Shown here piece after piece: positions 39,328 through 40,826 of a DNA stretch of 40,826 bases; within the stretch, counting starts at the first letter, position 1, and each line of letters opens with the position of its first letter. The notes beneath the pieces were generated by a model, which saw only the letters and a program-made list of their open reading frames with translations, was not told the DNA's origin and did no database searches. This DNA is from Candidatus Brevefilum sp. Lineage in GTDB: Bacteria > Chloroflexota > Anaerolineae > Anaerolineales > Anaerolineaceae. Position numbers and translations under genes: made by a program. Where the stretch lies: the NCBI GenBank assembly GCA_047921135.1, contig JBLRWR010000001.1:1-40826 (forward strand), in the 5' to 3' direction.

Positions 39328-39367
39328 AAGACCCTTTGTGGACATTGTCCCAAAGGGTCTTTTTTTG
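39328..39367 (+). terminator. Intrinsic terminator
   Basis: AAGACCCTTTG...CAAAGGGTCTT followed by a T-run. Confidence 0.85.
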
Positions 39368-39455
39368 CTCTTCCTGAGGTTATTTGTGAAATGCATCAGC
39401 TCACGGCCTTAACCTGGATTGGGAATTCATCTATAGAAAGACATACAGAGGCTTT

Positions 39456-40592
39456 ATGGTTCAGGTTGTGATTCAAAAAGTTGAGAACTATTTTCAGCGG
39501 CGGCGCTTTGCGACCTTTCCATGGAAAATTTACCGGCGAGATCCATTATGGGTGCCCCCATTGCTTACCCAGCGAATGAAACAATTAAACCCTCGCCAGG
39601 GCACTTTTTTTAACCACGGCGAGGCGGACTTCTTTATGGCTTTCCGGGATGGGCACTTATCCGGTACCATCATGGCGGCTGTTGATCACTCGTCAAACAA
39701 CTCCCGGGGGTTGCAGGATGGGATGTTTGGCTTTTTTGAATGCATTGATGATCAGGCCGTTGCCGATGAGCTCTTCCGAACTGTTGAAGGCTGGGCAAAG
39801 GCGCGCGGCCTGAACCGTTTGATCGGCCCTTTCAACCAGGATTATGATGCAGGCTACGGTGTTTTAATTGAGGGGCGAGACCGCCCGCCCGCAGTCAGTT
39901 GTGGGCATACGCCTGCTTATTATGAACAACTGGTGGTCAACCACGGCTTTCAACCTTTGCGGCCAGACAACCTGGCCTTTGCCCTGGATATTTCAAAAAA
40001 TACACGTGAATTTAACTTGTTGCATCGCCTGGCAGAAAAGGCGGCTCAGCGTGGGACGGCTGTTATCCGCCAGGGCCGATTTGACGCCTGGGACGAGGAG
40101 GCCGACCGGGTACATTATCTGCTCAATCGAGCACTGGCACACCTGGTTGATTTTGTCGGCTGGGATCGGCGGGCGTTGGATGACACTTTAGCACCTTTCA
40201 AGCAGTACGCTGACCCTGACCTGGTCTTATTCGCCGATGTGGGTGACCAGACTGTGGGCTTTTTCCCCGGTATTCCAAACCTTAATGAAATCCTGTATCA
40301 CCTGAATGGGTTGCGTTATCCCTGGGATTACCTGCGGTACTTGCGGCACCGCCAAACACAGCCAAAGGGGTTGGCAATTAAGAGCGTTCTGGTCCTTCCG
40401 GAATATTGGGGCACAGGGATCAGCCTGATGCTGTTTTCTGAAATGCTCAAGCGCGCCCAAGCCAAAGGATACACCTGGGCAGATCTCTCCCTGACCTCCC
40501 AGGATAACCCCAAAACGCCAGCCCTGGCCGAACGCATGGGGGCAAGCATTTACAAGCGGTACCGGGTGTACCAAAAACCAGTTGAAGATTAA
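39456..40592 (+). CDS. Tandem GNAT-fold protein (YghO-like), substrate unknown
   Basis: FPWKIY..DP.WVPP, FGFFECIDD, VLPEYWGTG and KRYRVY. Confidence 0.7.
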   Translation: MVQVVIQKVENYFQRRRFATFPWKIYRRDPLWVPPLLTQRMKQLNPRQGTFFNHGEADFFMAFRDGHLSGTIMAAVDHSSNNSRGLQDGMFGFFECIDDQAVADELFRTVEGWAKARGLNRLIGPFNQDYDAGYGVLIEGRDRPPAVSCGHTPAYYEQLVVNHGFQPLRPDNLAFALDISKNTREFNLLHRLAEKAAQRGTAVIRQGRFDAWDEEADRVHYLLNRALAHLVDFVGWDRRALDDTLAPFKQYADPDLVLFADVGDQTVGFFPGIPNLNEILYHLNGLRYPWDYLRYLRHRQTQPKGLAIKSVLVLPEYWGTGISLMLFSEMLKRAQAKGYTWADLSLTSQDNPKTPALAERMGASIYKRYRVYQKPVED

Positions 40593-40638
40593 AGTTACTG
40601 TGGGTAATTAATTAATTACTAATAATCAAAAATCCCCC

Positions 40639-40667
40639 TTGCGATTAAGCGTAAAATCTTGTAAAAT
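40639..40667 (+). promoter_or_regulatory. Putative sigma70 promoter of spoVS
   Basis: TTGCGA-17 bp-TAAAAT with AT-rich upstream DNA. Confidence 0.6.
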
Positions 40668-40749
40668 TTAATTAAACATAGAATAGCGCCCCAGAATATT
40701 AAGTAATTCTAAGCTATGAATTAACGGGATGCAAACCAGGGAGCAGATT

Positions 40750-40826
40750 ATGAGCATCATCAAAGTTTCAGCGAACTCCCGCACTGCTGCAGTCGCAGGG
40801 GCAATCGCAGGTGTGATCCGTGAACA
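40750..40826 (+). CDS. spoVS: SpoVS-family protein, 5' part (runs off the window)
   Basis: Manual translation MSIIKVSANSRTAAVAGAIAGVIRE; GGGAG RBS. Confidence 0.88.
   Translation, partial: MSIIKVSANSRTAAVAGAIAGVIRE

Noticed and set aside
39227-39367. Riboswitch in front of the terminator upstream of the GNAT gene
   Set aside because: No recognisable aptamer consensus; the hairpin is explained as the MFS gene terminator
40750-40826. spoVS as evidence of sporulation
   Set aside because: SpoVS homologues are widespread in non-sporulating bacteria

Overview
Bacterial chromosomal window, inferred to be Chloroflexota (Anaerolineaceae-like) from its gene content. Housekeeping content: the rpsB-tsf-pyrH / frr-uppS-cdsA translation and lipid cluster, plsY, sufS-sufE, surE and the 5' end of spoVS. 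Three decayed pieces are present: a 5'-truncated acnA, an ISEcp1-like IS1380 left end, and a comM remnant between pyrH and frr. There is one tRNA-Arg with the uncommon GCG anticodon. The most interesting stretch is about 25.1-37.5 kb. It holds a PhoB/PhoR/PhoU module with a candidate Pho box, then two tandem thymidylate-kinase-fold genes (one intact and one degenerate Walker A), a CHAD protein and a metallophosphoesterase fused to a DUF62 SAM hydrolase; together these look like a bacterial heteromeric PPK3-type polyphosphate system. Next is a PfkB kinase fused to a QNG1/DUF2419 queuosine-salvage-like glycosylase domain with an endonuclease-III-like four-Cys motif, beside sufSE and surE. This fusion is a candidate undescribed modified-nucleoside salvage enzyme. 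All family calls come from motif recognition and recall; no searches were run.
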